This document shows, in pieces, positions 42,601 through 55,066 of a stretch of 64,000 nt of DNA (its first letter is position 1; each line of letters opens with the position of its first letter). The stretch comes from Auanema rhodensis (lineage: Eukaryota > Animalia > Nematoda). The translations under genes and the position numbers were made by a program. The notes below the pieces were generated by a model. The model saw nothing but the letters and a program-made list of their open reading frames with translations. It had not been told where the DNA came from and ran no database searches. The stretch spans positions 7,068,001-7,132,000 of the forward strand of contig OZ059899.1 in the NCBI GenBank assembly GCA_964057225.1, in the 5' to 3' direction.

Positions 42601-45600
42601 CATTCATCCGACCTCGAATCTTTTTATACAGCCTTACCTCTTCTTTCCCTCCTTCTCTCTCTCTCTCTATAAATTTTTTTTCTTTACTTCTCCTTGAAAA
42701 ATTTAAAGATGATCGCTGATTTTTAAAGAAACATCTTCTATACAGCAATAATAATTCTTATTCATATCTATATATTATTAAAGTATAATCCAGAAGTCTG
42801 TAACGGTTGTTGTGGTCTTTGGCCCAAATCTGTTCTGTCATTCTTCTTTCCAACTTCTTTGTCAACATTTTTCGTTTTTAATTTAAAATATTTTTTATTA
42901 GAAAATAATTTTTTTTTGATAATTTTAATATTAATTCTCTCATCAGATTTAATATTATACATATATGTATAGTAGATACGTAAAGATAAACCATCTGGTC
43001 AGAGGTTACTAGTTTTGACTGTACATCGACACATTTGGATGATTTTCTATTTCTATCTCTCGTTTAACCACTAACTATTCATATACATACACACATGCTA
43101 AATCTTTACTATATGTTCGTCACATTAAGTATATCTAAATAAGTAATTTATCTAATACGGTCAGCATATTATGTGAAAATAGTATTGTTTAAGCATATAG
43201 AATACAAGAGAATACAGAGTATTAAAGATGAACAGTATCTTATGTGAGCATGTGGTAAGAGCATATCCTATCCAGACGGTACATAATGGTTTGAGACGAC
43301 TAATAAGGTTAGCAGAGCACATCTTTGCCTCCTGTCCTCTTTCCGTTTTCACCTAATTCAACCAATCTTCCAATACTGCAATTTGATTTTCAATACTTCA
43401 TAATGCAGTATAACTATACTATATAGTAATAGCATCACTTTTTCTATAAAAAGTATGCTAATTATCACTATATAGTTAGCAATCCAATTACTAATATAGT
43501 TAATTCATCTATTCATAATGATATAGAAGAGGACAGCCGTCTTTTTCCTCTTATACAGTAAATGAATTGCTCCAGATGCTCTTCTTGTATATATCTTTTA
43601 TATGAATGCTCTTCACTATTACCATCATCATCATGATCAGAACAATAGGATGTCGTTCTCTCGCTACCTCTCACTTCCTCATTTGCTCTCTCGCACCAAC
43701 TGAGCTAACCCTTCTTCATACCAGCATGATCATCTATACAGATGATTGTAGGCAGTCTTCTGGCTATGTGCTCATCTTCTTGTTGTTTGAATCTACCAAA
43801 TAGTATAGAGGACGTGTTCTTCTATTCAGATGAGCAGTTATTACCCAATTTAGATTCAAATCGCAGGTTTTCTTTTCAATAACATCTGCACATACACCAT
43901 CATCTTATATATCTGTCAATAGAGCATTACTGGTCTGTACTGGTATTAATTAGAGAAGAAAAAAAATTATTTCGTTTTTAACTATTAAATTACACAAATA
44001 TACATCTGTATATCATATAGTTAGCTTAACTATATAGACATGTATGTATAATCTGATATATCTTACGAATGTATTCACTTGTATTACTTCATATCATCTT
44101 TCCTGTACCATCTTATACAATAAGCAAGATGTGTCCAGATGCTCTGGTCAAATAACCAGATGATTCTTCTCTAATTCGATCTAGTACACAACAGTTTCCA
44201 TATATTATGCCATGATTTCCGATCCTATCTTTTCCATACTGCTTTAAGAATATCAATTCCTTTCTCCTATCCCTTTTTCATCAGGCTTTTTCTTTGCTGC
44301 TCTTCTTTTGTCGCAAGAAGCTTGACGTTTACCTTCTTAACTTATGCCTTGGACATCTGCCTAATCCGATTTTCTTTATTGCCGTTGTTGTTTCTTCTTT
44401 TCTTTGTCGGCTTTTTAACCAAAAATGGCGACAAATGGACTTAGAATATGCGAATAGACAGATGTAACAGTAGAAGTTTTGCGAAGAAAAAGAGAAAAAA
44501 TAAGATTTTTTTGTGAAAGAATTGTATAAGAAGCCGCCAATTCATTTGAACATTTAATTTTTCAATCTTCTTTTCAGCTCAGAGATGTTTATACATCTGA
44601 TTGTCCACTTTATAAACAAAAAAAGCAGAAATAAAACGAGAGAAAGACAGATAGAAAAGGGTAGAATACATGCAAAACTACTATTACGATCCTCCCACTA
44701 CTCGGATGATCCTTGCACACCATCATTGCCTCAGGCAACATTACATCTACATCTTGCCATTCTACTAGTTTTTGCTTGTATTCAAAACCAATTTTCATGA
44801 CTAAACGGCATATTTCAAGTTTTAACATATTTCTGAAACTATAAAGGCCTAGATCTATAAATGTCTTAATATCTTACCATAATCCCGACGCATTATCTTG
44901 ATAATCCATCCATAATCATAAGATTACAGTCAGATTTAGCCAGCTTCATGAGATGAACCAACTACCTGACCATCTTCATAACCTAGATTACTCAATTTGT
45001 TCACATATAGAATAGGAGATTTATCATACAATTATTAAATAGTACATGAAGGCATGCAGCTGTCTACATGGCACTATTAATTATTTCTTTCTCCAAATAT
45101 TGCGTCATCAGGATCTTCCTTTTCCTCTCTTCACCTCTATATTTTTCTTCTTCCTCTTTACTGTCACTCCATCATTCTACAAGGTACATATATACACATG
45201 CTCCTGAATCTTCCACCTTCTGTCAGATTTTTTTACCAAAATGGTGTCATCTTACGATTATATTCATAAAATTAGTCATCTAATATCCAATTAGAACCTT
45301 TTTATTTCTTCAAAAATTCATTAACCTATTGTTTTTTTTCCTCATAATTTTTCCTTCCGAATCACATGTTCTTTTAAATTTGAAAATATTTGAATTTAGG
45401 CTAACGAAAAATACAAATAATTGAATCTTATTTATATTATAATGGTTATTGAATCTATTCCTTTTAACATCTTATACATTCATATTTGATCACATCAAAC
45501 GATTTTATGTATATTTACACATTCAATTTCATGAAAATCAATATTTAAAATACTTTTTATATTTATATAAAAAAAATATCTTTTATCTATAATATATACT

Positions 45601-45801
45601 TATCTATCTATCTATCTGTATATATTTCATCTTTATTCTTTATACTATCATGTAGATATTTCATGTTTGTCCATCTCTACCACTACTAACAACCAGCAAT
45701 GTTCGATGTGTCTGTGTTTAACGACAATTCAATACAACAATCTACCGTCAATTTTGCCCAATTCAGCTGCATTTCTGCTTCCAGTTTTTCTCTTTCTTCC
45801 C

Positions 45802-45899
<98 letters not shown>

Positions 45900-48800
45900 G
45901 TTCACCTTATCTGCTGTTTAGCCTAGAATGTTCAATATATTCCTTAAACTCAACAACCCTTAGAATGGTGATGGGCTTGTGCCTGTTCCTTCCAGAAATT
46001 ATTGTTTGTGCTTCTCCTATCGTCATAAATACATCATATTCCATCTGATCTACCTCTCTTCAACCTGACATCATCATAAACGACATTTCTTATCGGCTTC
46101 ACGTATCTGATCTAGCTGACCACTTCATGTTTCTATTGGCCTCTTGCCGTCTGTCGGACACCTTTGCTTCATCTTTCATTTCGGCATGAAGAGGAAGATT
46201 ATCAGGCTGGCACTTAGTTATATCTTCTGCAAATATATTAATTCTTTGAATTTCTTTTCATATATTCATATAATAATATATAGCTAAGTGCTAAAATAAA
46301 ATAACAAATGAATTGAAAATAAGAAAGTAAAGTGGAGTCATAGATCCTTTAGATTCGTATTTGGTTTCACTAAAAGCAATTTCTGATACATTCTCTCAAT
46401 TAAAGTAAATATATTACATGAATGTATATTAAACGTTATTATCCTATCATATAATATTTAATTTTTATTAGGTTTTCTCAATCTAAATATATATTTATAC
46501 AAAGTATTTATCATATTATTCCATCTCATTTTCATATTAAAACTTTTTTTAAACATTTAATATTCAGTTTATTATATTAATTATATAGTAATACAATTTA
46601 CTTTACTATCTTGTTCATTATATGTTGTTTAGATATATGTAGATATATATCTTTAGGCTATAGCCTATCGATATTCAAAGTTATAAAGAACTAACTCATT
46701 CAGGTGTTATACCTTTTCTTCTCTTTTCCTATATTCTAACACTTGTCGGGATGTTTTGATCTTATAACGTAATAATGCTTAACAAGCTTAAAGTATAACC
46801 CGATAGTTGTAATACTACAAATGATATTGTTAATATAGTTAACGATATTCTTGATTGATCATCAATCAAAGTGCTTTCATTCATCACACGAGCAGAAGAT
46901 GAATAGATCGAACAACGCTTCCTCTTGTTTACTAGTGAAAACCACAACTTTACTCTGAAATTACAACTTTTTCTTGTTTATCATGTTTAATTTAAGAATT
47001 TTTCTTGATTTCTTAACTCATTTCTATTGTTTCAAATCGATATACATCTTTCTTCATTATAGTTTTAACATATATTTCTTATATTCCGCCTTTTCCTACC
47101 ATTTATTCTGTCACAGACTATATAATCGCTCTTCTTTTTTTTATTTTTTCACTAACAATCTTATTCCTTTTTGCATATTTTTCTACTCAGACTCTTTTAT
47201 TTTCATTTTCGCTCTCGTACCATCACCACCACAATAAACTGCCTTTTACTGGCAGTCAAGACAAGTGTCCGCCAGATGGTCTTACCAGGAAAACTAATCC
47301 CGTCTTGTCTCATTCCCTCTCTCATTCACTCTCTCTCGCTCCTCCCATTTTGAACCTAGAGATCGGGGCAGCCATACAGAACTCACAAGGCATGATGGTC
47401 CGTCGTCCTTCATCCCATATACAGCCAGCCGTGCATAGGACCCACTTGATCCACTGCTAGTCTTTCAGCTTTGTCGTTCAAGTATCGCATGGATAGCATG
47501 GCTTCAATATTTATGTTCTTCCGTTCGTATCGAATCAACTGTCAAGCTCTTGGATTGCTCTTAGATATAGTTTCCTCTTTCTTCACCTTTTCTTCTCATA
47601 ATCGTCGATCTTGCGTGTTTGTGTATTGGTGTAGCAATTTCAATATTTCAAGCTTCACTTCTTGTTGCTCTTATGTCAGCTGAGAATCTGATCAGCTGAT
47701 TGATCCGGAAAAGGTGTGGCCTCTTTCCGGACGCTGTTGTCATCTTTGTCATTGGTTAGCTCACAGCGAGAGAAAAAACAAGAATTATAGAAAAATAGAG
47801 AGACAGAAAGATCGAAAGATGAAGATGGAGAGAAGTGGAACGATTACGAGAAAGACGAAATAAAACGAAGGAGAGCTTGAGAAACAGTTACACCCTTCCT
47901 TCCTTTTTCTTTAATCCTAAGGTCTCAACAATGCAGACAAAGCAAAAGCTTGGTTTATTATGATGATATTAGAGGAAAATGTAACCAAGTTGTATCATTG
48001 TTCGATTGTTTAGCCAGCTTGCTTGACCATATAATTGACCAGATTCCACACATTTTCTCTTCTCAACTTTGTTACTTGGCCTGACCTATTGCAACTGTTT
48101 GCTTTTCGTCTTGCCACATTTGACACAGAGAGAACATTGCAGAAGAGCAGAGACTTGGGTCAATCAGATTGACACAAGCAGCAGTTTGAAGATGTCTTTT
48201 ATGTTTTATTTTGCATTTTCTTCCGCTTCTCCGCAGCTTTACATATGGCTTCAAAGCCAAAACGTCTTCATATTGTTATAAACTTATTAGATTGTGTCAT
48301 TTTCAACAGCATTTTAATCTGATTTTCAATTTGTCGAAAACTATTTTGTCTACTTTGATTTCAACATTATCTTTCTGTATATCTATCGTTCTTCTAACTC
48401 ATTAAAACGTGAGCCATGCTTAATCTCTCGATAGCCTAGTCCTTTTCTTCTACATCCTAAGTCTCAGGCAACTGATGAAATCCTATTATACAACCGGATT
48501 TTGTATATGACAGCATCTAGCCTCGCTAGCCTATGCCTTATTTCATGTCGTTCACCTGATTACGAATTATTCCTAATTTCTTTTCTCACAACAAGATTTT
48601 GACGCTTCTTTATTCTTTTTCAAAATATCTTTCTATAACGGCATTTTCCATTCACATTTACTGGGTAAACGTCCATCAGTGTGTTCTATGCTTTTCAACT
48701 TCAAGTTTTTCATTTGTCTTTTCAATAGGTTTTCTGTATAATCATATAGTTCCACATATAAACCGCATTAAACCTCATTAGATCAGGAAAAGTTTGCTTC

Positions 48801-51800
48801 TTCCCCCTCTTCCCTCTCTCAATTTTCCTTCTCATTTTCTCCATTTGACTGAATTTATTCTTCTGTTACATCATTAAGTCAGTTGGTCACTTCATTGAAA
48901 TTTATGATTTTTTTTTCATTCAAACTAAGCCATAGAGTCTCGAATTGAATATCTTGTTGTCTTTCAACATTTCTTATCTTTCAATTGTTTTATTTTGAAC
49001 CTCGAATCTCATAAAATGGATAAAATCTTCTGAAACAACAACCTTTATATTGGCCAAGTATTACTAACTAGGGTCAATATAGCTTTGCCAGTTCAGATAT
49101 AATTAGGCAGTTCAATTAACAGTTTTTCTCCTTACTTTCCTATTAAATTTCTTGAGTAAATTAAATTCTAATACTTTTCCTTTTATTTAAATGAAATTTA
49201 ATGTATAAAAGATTTGTATTATAATTGATTTATCGAATAAAACAAGAAACCGGATTGCAAAAAAAAAAGTTTTTTCTCAATACGTTTGAAGCTTTTCTCC
49301 TCATTTCTTTTCATTTTTTTCTTTTTATCTATAAAAGATACAACATTTGTTTTGTAACATCTCTCTTATTATTGTTTGAAAAATATGAAATATCTAGTTA
49401 TCAAACTGTCTTTTTATCAAAAAAAATCTTGCAATCTTTATTTATTTTATCGGTTTATTAAAAACTTGTCAATTAAATCATTAACCTAACAATGTTTATA
49501 AACATTAATTATAATTTTGATTTAATTTATTTTTTCTTTTCCTTTTCCCTCTTTCCTTCTCTATCTTTCCTCCTCAGATACACTTTTTTTGACAGTGTTG
49601 TACCCTCTGGAAGGTGTAAAGCTTTTATCATTGACCACAATTCATTTTTCTGAATTGTTCTAAACTATATCAATTGTATTTTGTGGATCAGAAATTGTAT
49701 TCAAAAAAGTAAAAATATGTCAACTGTTTTTGCCTTGTTTCATGTAGTAGCATCAACATTAACTTCACTACTTGTGTCTCAATTGACGAATGGCCTCTCT
49801 AACTATTCTGATTATCTCAGCTCTATATTATACTTCTATTACATCATCATCATCATCTATATACGTTATAACACAATACAGTTGTTTTGACGAAAACAAT
49901 ATCATTCGTGCGGCAAACCCCAGTCATCTACGTTGAACGGCGAGAGTTCAGCGTCGACGTCAATGTCAGAAGGAGCGGAGGCTACTAAAGGCTATCTTTT
50001 TCCTTGTTGAATCTCTTCTTCCTTCCCATATGCGTGCGTTGTGTTCGTTCATTCATCATTCGAAAATGTTATCGGATCAGGATAGACGAGTAGTAATATG
50101 TGAGAGATGATCAAGGGGGAAGTATAGATTACTGTTGACGACGTTCTTGATGGTGACCACCCCCGTGTCGCTTGAACGTGTATGTATATGAGTGTGTGTG
50201 TATGTCTAAGAAGGAACGAACCGCATCACGAAGAAAAGTTGCAAGGCGATGATGTGCATATTGGCCTTGATCACTCAGGAAGACATCCAGACGACTAATA
50301 TTACTCTTGTGTATCTGTTCGTTGTATGGTCGTAACCATAATTTTCATAAATCGCTTCTCTCTCAACGTTATTTTCCCTCTCAAAGTGCCCTACCTTTTC
50401 TCATTATCTCTCTTATTCTCGTAGTTCTATACTATATCTCTCTCCCTTTAGTTGCTGTTTTCGTCTCTCTTATCCCTTAAGTTGGCCATTCATAGATTTT
50501 CCTTTTCCATTTCATCTAATGGTCTGATACTCATACTATTTTCATCAAATATTCAACCTCAATTTCCCCGTTAGTTTCATCGTTTAGATCTTTTTATATA
50601 TTGTATAGTTATGTAGACATTCTTAAATTTAACAATTTTCTTTATATTATATATCTATAGATGTATATTATATAGTAATTGGAATCATATTCAATCTCAA
50701 TTTCCATATATCTGTCCCTTCATCATGATATATTCATATACTTAATTGTCTTTGTAATGGCACGAGACTGTTTTTCAAATATTCCGAGATTACAAGCGGA
50801 ATTTCTTTCATGTCTGGTGATTTGTCATCATCCTTTTCCTTCATTTGCATCTCAATCCTTCCTCAAAATGGATCTTATGCTTTTATTCTGAATGAATTCT
50901 TTAAAATCATCTTAACTATAAATATATAATTTAAACTATTTCTTTAACTATTCTTATTTTTCTTTCATTTCAGTGTTTCGCCTATTGATGGAATGGAGCA
51001 TAGAACTTTAAAATCGAAAGAGAATTCAGTTAGTCAAAAAGATCTCACGTTCCATTATCAAAATATGAACAGTTTGCAAAAGATCATGAATACAATGGAT
51101 AGTATGTTTATTCTATTTATTTTTTAAACTATATATTTTATTTTTTAGATTTTGCCAAAACTTCTCAATTTAACTTACCGCCACCTGCGCGAATTACTCC
51201 TCATTCAGGTGTTAAACCAACTGTAAGTTATACAAATATATATAATTATATAATAAATAATAATAATATAAATAAACTTTATAAATTTTATAAACATCTA
51301 TTACAATTTTATATACAATTCTTCTTAATTCATTCATTTATCTTGTTCATATTTGATCATTGTCTTTGATGGCCCCCTCCTAAGATTTTCAAGGTTTTTC
51401 TTTTCTTTCTTTCATATATGGTCTGATTGTGTGGTTTGTTAGATTTTTGCCTATTTTGGAATACAACCGCTCATCATTTTTATTTTAAATACAAATAATT
51501 TAAATAACTTCCCTAAATCAATAGAAAATCTATATATCAGTTAGATATACTTAAATAAATAATTAAAATCATTATAATTGAAGAATAATATTAAATATTT
51601 CAATATTTATATGATTAATTATTTATTTTAGAAAATAATTTAAAGTTTTTTCTTTTTTTTTTGCGTTGATCTTACTTGTAAGATTTCGAAAAAATGTTAT
51701 CTTCAACCCAAATCTAACCGAATGAATAACCTCTATGGACATTCCTTTCTCTCTGTAATGAACTTTATGTATTTCGGTACTCCATTGTACATTATTTGTT

Positions 51801-53302
51801 CCATTTCAATCTATTAATAAATCAAAAATTAATTATTCATCTATTTATAGAGTGAAGATATTCTTCGGCCAATTGCCTTCCGAGCTGTTACAAATCAAAC
51901 TGCTGAGGATTTTAAACTTCGACAATCTCAAGATATGCGAAATTTCGAACGACAAGTCATTCGAGGGTGAGCATTTTGGAAAACATTTCATGTTTTTCAA
52001 TGAATTCACATTGATTATATGTTTTATTTTTTCAGCGATGTTGTTAAGAGCACTCCATTTATTTGTAGTTCAAATAGTCAAATGCAGAGACCAAGACAAA
52101 TCTACCAACCATGTACCAGCTTTTCACCTCCGAATAAGCCAGTAGAAAATGAATATGATACAGTACCTGAATATTTGGAAAAAGAAAAATTCAGTGATTG
52201 TAAGATAATATTCAAAAATATTTTTAATTCTAATTTATGATTTTAGTTTGTTCAAGTGGCTCAGATTATGGATCATTTGTTCCTCCAAAGCTAACTTCAT
52301 CAATGGCTTCAAGTGGTACAGGCAGCAGTCATTTGAGTAGCCCTTCCGGAACTAACAAAGTTGGTTTTGTCATTATATTGCTTTTACTTACAAAATTTTG
52401 TATGAATTAAATGTAATAATATCTCCATTTAGAAGCCACTTGGACGTAGTTCATCAGGAATCCATATTACACCATCACCAAGCGATTCAGGCATTGTTGA
52501 TTTTGAGGTTGGAGCTTTATCACGATTGAGTACATATGTGTAACTTTCTTATTCTTAGGCTATCATGCGTGATAAAGAGAATGAGTTACGCGAAGTACGT
52601 AATACTATGGAACAAAATGAGGAAATAATCGTCAAGGTCTATCAAGAAAAGGAAAAGATCTGGAAAGAAGAGCTTGATCAACTTCGACAACGTCTTGCCG
52701 CTGCTGAGCGTGGCGAACACGGACTACGAACCCAGCTGGCGGGATGCCAACGTCAAACCGAGACCTTGTCCCGTTCAGTAGACGGTCTCCGAGACGAGAA
52801 AACAGGATTATTAAGAAAAGTAAGTATTAAATAAGTGTATTAGAAAATCAGAATGAAGATCTATTTTGAAATTTTATTTATAAAGAACAAACATTCAATA
52901 TTCAATCTTATAGTGTTTCCAATTGGAACGCGAATTGGGGTCCGTCAAGGCCGAGATGGATAAGCCACGAATCTGTGATGAATGCAAAAAACGTGAAAAA
53001 CCAATACCAGCACCTCGCCAGATAAAGGTAAAGATAACAGGCTATGAATGAACTCATAACATATCTTATTTATAGGATTCTGAGACAAGTATTCGAACAG
53101 AAGTGTCATCTTTACGTGAAGAAGTTGCAACTTTAAAAGAAGCTCTACATGAGCAGATTCATATGTTCACAGAAGAACGTAAGAAATGGGATGACCGTCA
53201 GGTAATTATTATAAGAACATTAATGAATAATATAATGAAGACTAAAATATTTGTTTTCAGAAAACCGGAATTTCTGAAGAGACTCGAGATCGATTAATCT
53301 GA
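28982..53302 (+). CDS. LZTS / ProSAPiP1 / N4BP3 (Fez1-family)-like coiled-coil protein, about 805 aa
   Basis: 22 phase-consistent exons: 28982-29028, 29083-29181, 29647-29751, 36509-36635, 38443-38499, 38730-38846, 39006-39092, 39195-39277, 40556-40639, 40718-40890, 40945-41053, 42190-42306, 50974-51101, 51149-51222, 51851-51966, 52036-52199, 52247-52359, 52433-52507, 52559-52819, 52914-53027, 53076-53201, 53261-53302 (2418 nt). LZTS-type motifs in order: PPPARITPHSG, ILRPIAFRAV, TPSPSDSG, DKENELREVRNTMEQNEEIIVKVYQEKEKIWKEEL, FTEERKKW. The 3' exons are secure. Linkage of the 5' low-complexity exons rests on splice phase only. Confidence 0.78.
33169..33266 (+). CDS. Probable alternative first coding exon of the LZTS-like gene
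   Basis: An ATG-initiated open stretch, MDNIGKGSNHLHHHKTTTIFRAFELTNSNEKL, ends in AA|gtaagt. This is a consensus donor in phase 2, which matches the phase of the exon at 36509. Confidence 0.55.
36989..37048. repeat. (AG)~30 microsatellite
   Basis: Direct reading. Confidence 0.9.
39650..39691. repeat. (CT)~21 microsatellite
   Basis: Direct reading. Confidence 0.9.
45802..45897. repeat. (CT)n microsatellite of about 96 bp with TAT interruptions
   Basis: Direct reading. The first two interruptions are 20 nt apart. Confidence 0.9.
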
Positions 53303-54060
53303 AGATGTGATTTTTGATCAAACGCTACATCTAACAACCTTGTTACTTTTAATTGTTTTATTCTTGTAGTCAGCTTCACGTGATTCCACTTTTTTCACGT
53401 AGCCATTACCTTTCCACAGATATCCTGGTGTACATAGTAGCTGAAAAGTCTGCTTTTCTATTTTCTACTAAACTTCCTGAAGTTCTCAAAGAAAATTCGT
53501 TTACATAGCTGACCGGACATGTACAGGTTAATCTGATAATACTACTTGGATTCCGGCTTAGCTGAAACTCGTTCGTCGTTTTTTTCATTGCTATTCGGGC
53601 TCTTTGAAATGCTCATCGGCGCTCATCTTCCACTTAGCTATCATGCTTCCTGTTTTTGTTGGAGCTCGCATCAGAGCTTCGTCATACAGTCAGTCCATTG
53701 TCGTCACATCTCTTCACTACTCGTTCAACGTGTCAGTTTTCTTTCTCAACCTTGTTGTATCTGAAACATACTCCTTATGTACTTTGAGTTTCTTCAAGTT
53801 TTCACGTTAACGTGAAATAATGGTAATAAGCTCAGGAAGCTAAACTAACTTCTTGTTATATAGCCATAATTTGAAAAATATCGAAGTCATGATGCTTTAA
53901 CAATAAGAACGTTGTTAAATGATTACAACTTATTCAGATTTTTGTTTATATATTATATTCTTTTATTTTATTTGATGAAATCCCGATTTATAACAATTTG
54001 AGTTTTTTTTTCTCAAAAGCTTTTTTTTTTGCAAACTTTATACAAGAAAGATATGTTTAC

Positions 54061-54066
54061 AATAAA
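54061..54066 (+). terminator. Putative polyadenylation signal of the LZTS-like gene
   Basis: First AATAAA found after the stop at 53302, followed by T/GT-rich sequence. Confidence 0.55.
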
Positions 54067-54158
54067 TATTTATATTATGTTTGGTTTTTAAATTTTTACA
54101 AATGATTAATCAATACAATGAGTGAACCGTAGAAATATTTATATAAGTATAGTTTTAA

Positions 54159-54762
54159 CTATAAATTCCATCCATAACGACGTCTAGTTCCCATGTCTCG
54201 TAATGATTCTTCGTATGCTCTACGCAATTGATCTTCTTCTGATAATCCACCAGTATATTGGCTAAAACTTATTATCAATTCATATATATAAATTTTGAAT
54301 TTGTACCTGAAACGGTTTCCATGTCCTCCTGTAGTTGCTCCTCGTCCAGAAAATGCGCTTCCATAACGTTCATAGGAATCAGAACCACCTTCTTCAAAGG
54401 GTGGTGCACTTGGTGTAGCACGACCTCTTGTATCAGAAACTAAAAAGTTGATTTTCCTGCATTCTTTGACTGAAAACCTAATACCAGTAAAGTCTGTTAA
54501 CAATTTGGTGATTAATTGCAGAGGACCATAAGTGTATAAAAGTCCTGTGAGTATTCCAGCTAAATGACCGACAAATGAAGCATTTGGAGTAACTAACTAA
54601 AACAAAAACGTTTGTTTTATTTTTATGAAAACCAACTCACCTCAATAAGGAATAACTCAGCCCAACAAGCATACTTGGAGGGAATAGGAAGCCATCCGAA
54701 AAGATTAGAATGACTGTATGGGAAATAATGATTCATAAGAACCTTCAAAGCAAATAGAACAC
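54159..54762 (-). CDS. RHBDL4/RHBDD1-like rhomboid intramembrane protease, 3' four exons only (5' exons not found in the window)
   Basis: Exons 54762-54641, 54596-54485, 54439-54307, 54261-54159. Translation: (G)VLFALKVLMNHY...ACWAELFLIELVTPNASFVGHLAGILTGLLY...YTGGLSEEDQLRRAYEESLRD. This matches RHBDD1 (GFSGVLFALKV, ACWVEL, SFAGHLAGILVGL, and the UIM GLSEEEQLERALQASL) as I recall it. The frame is intact and the catalytic His is retained. Confidence 0.88.
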
Positions 54763-54873
54763 CTATAATTAGAAAATATTAAAAATATTCTGAAAGTTAA
54801 TGATTAATTAGTAAATATTTTTGGTGATGTTGAAGTTCCCATATAGACGCGCAAGTATATATTAGCGATTGAA

Positions 54874-54879
54874 TTTATT
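54874..54879 (-). terminator. Putative polyadenylation signal of the GCPII-like gene
   Basis: tttatt on + reads AATAAA on -, about 190 nt after the stop at 55067. Confidence 0.6.
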
Positions 54880-55066
54880 GTATCACAGATATTTTTATAT
54901 ATAAATGATAAGAGATCTCATTTGACCGAGATGATTAATACTAATTATTAATACAAGAAGTGCAAGATAATTCAGAGTTAAATGAGACAATACTATGAAA
55001 ATCTATAAGGCATGGCTATACATTGAATATAAATATAGAGGCAGAATTTCGAACCCGTGACATTAA

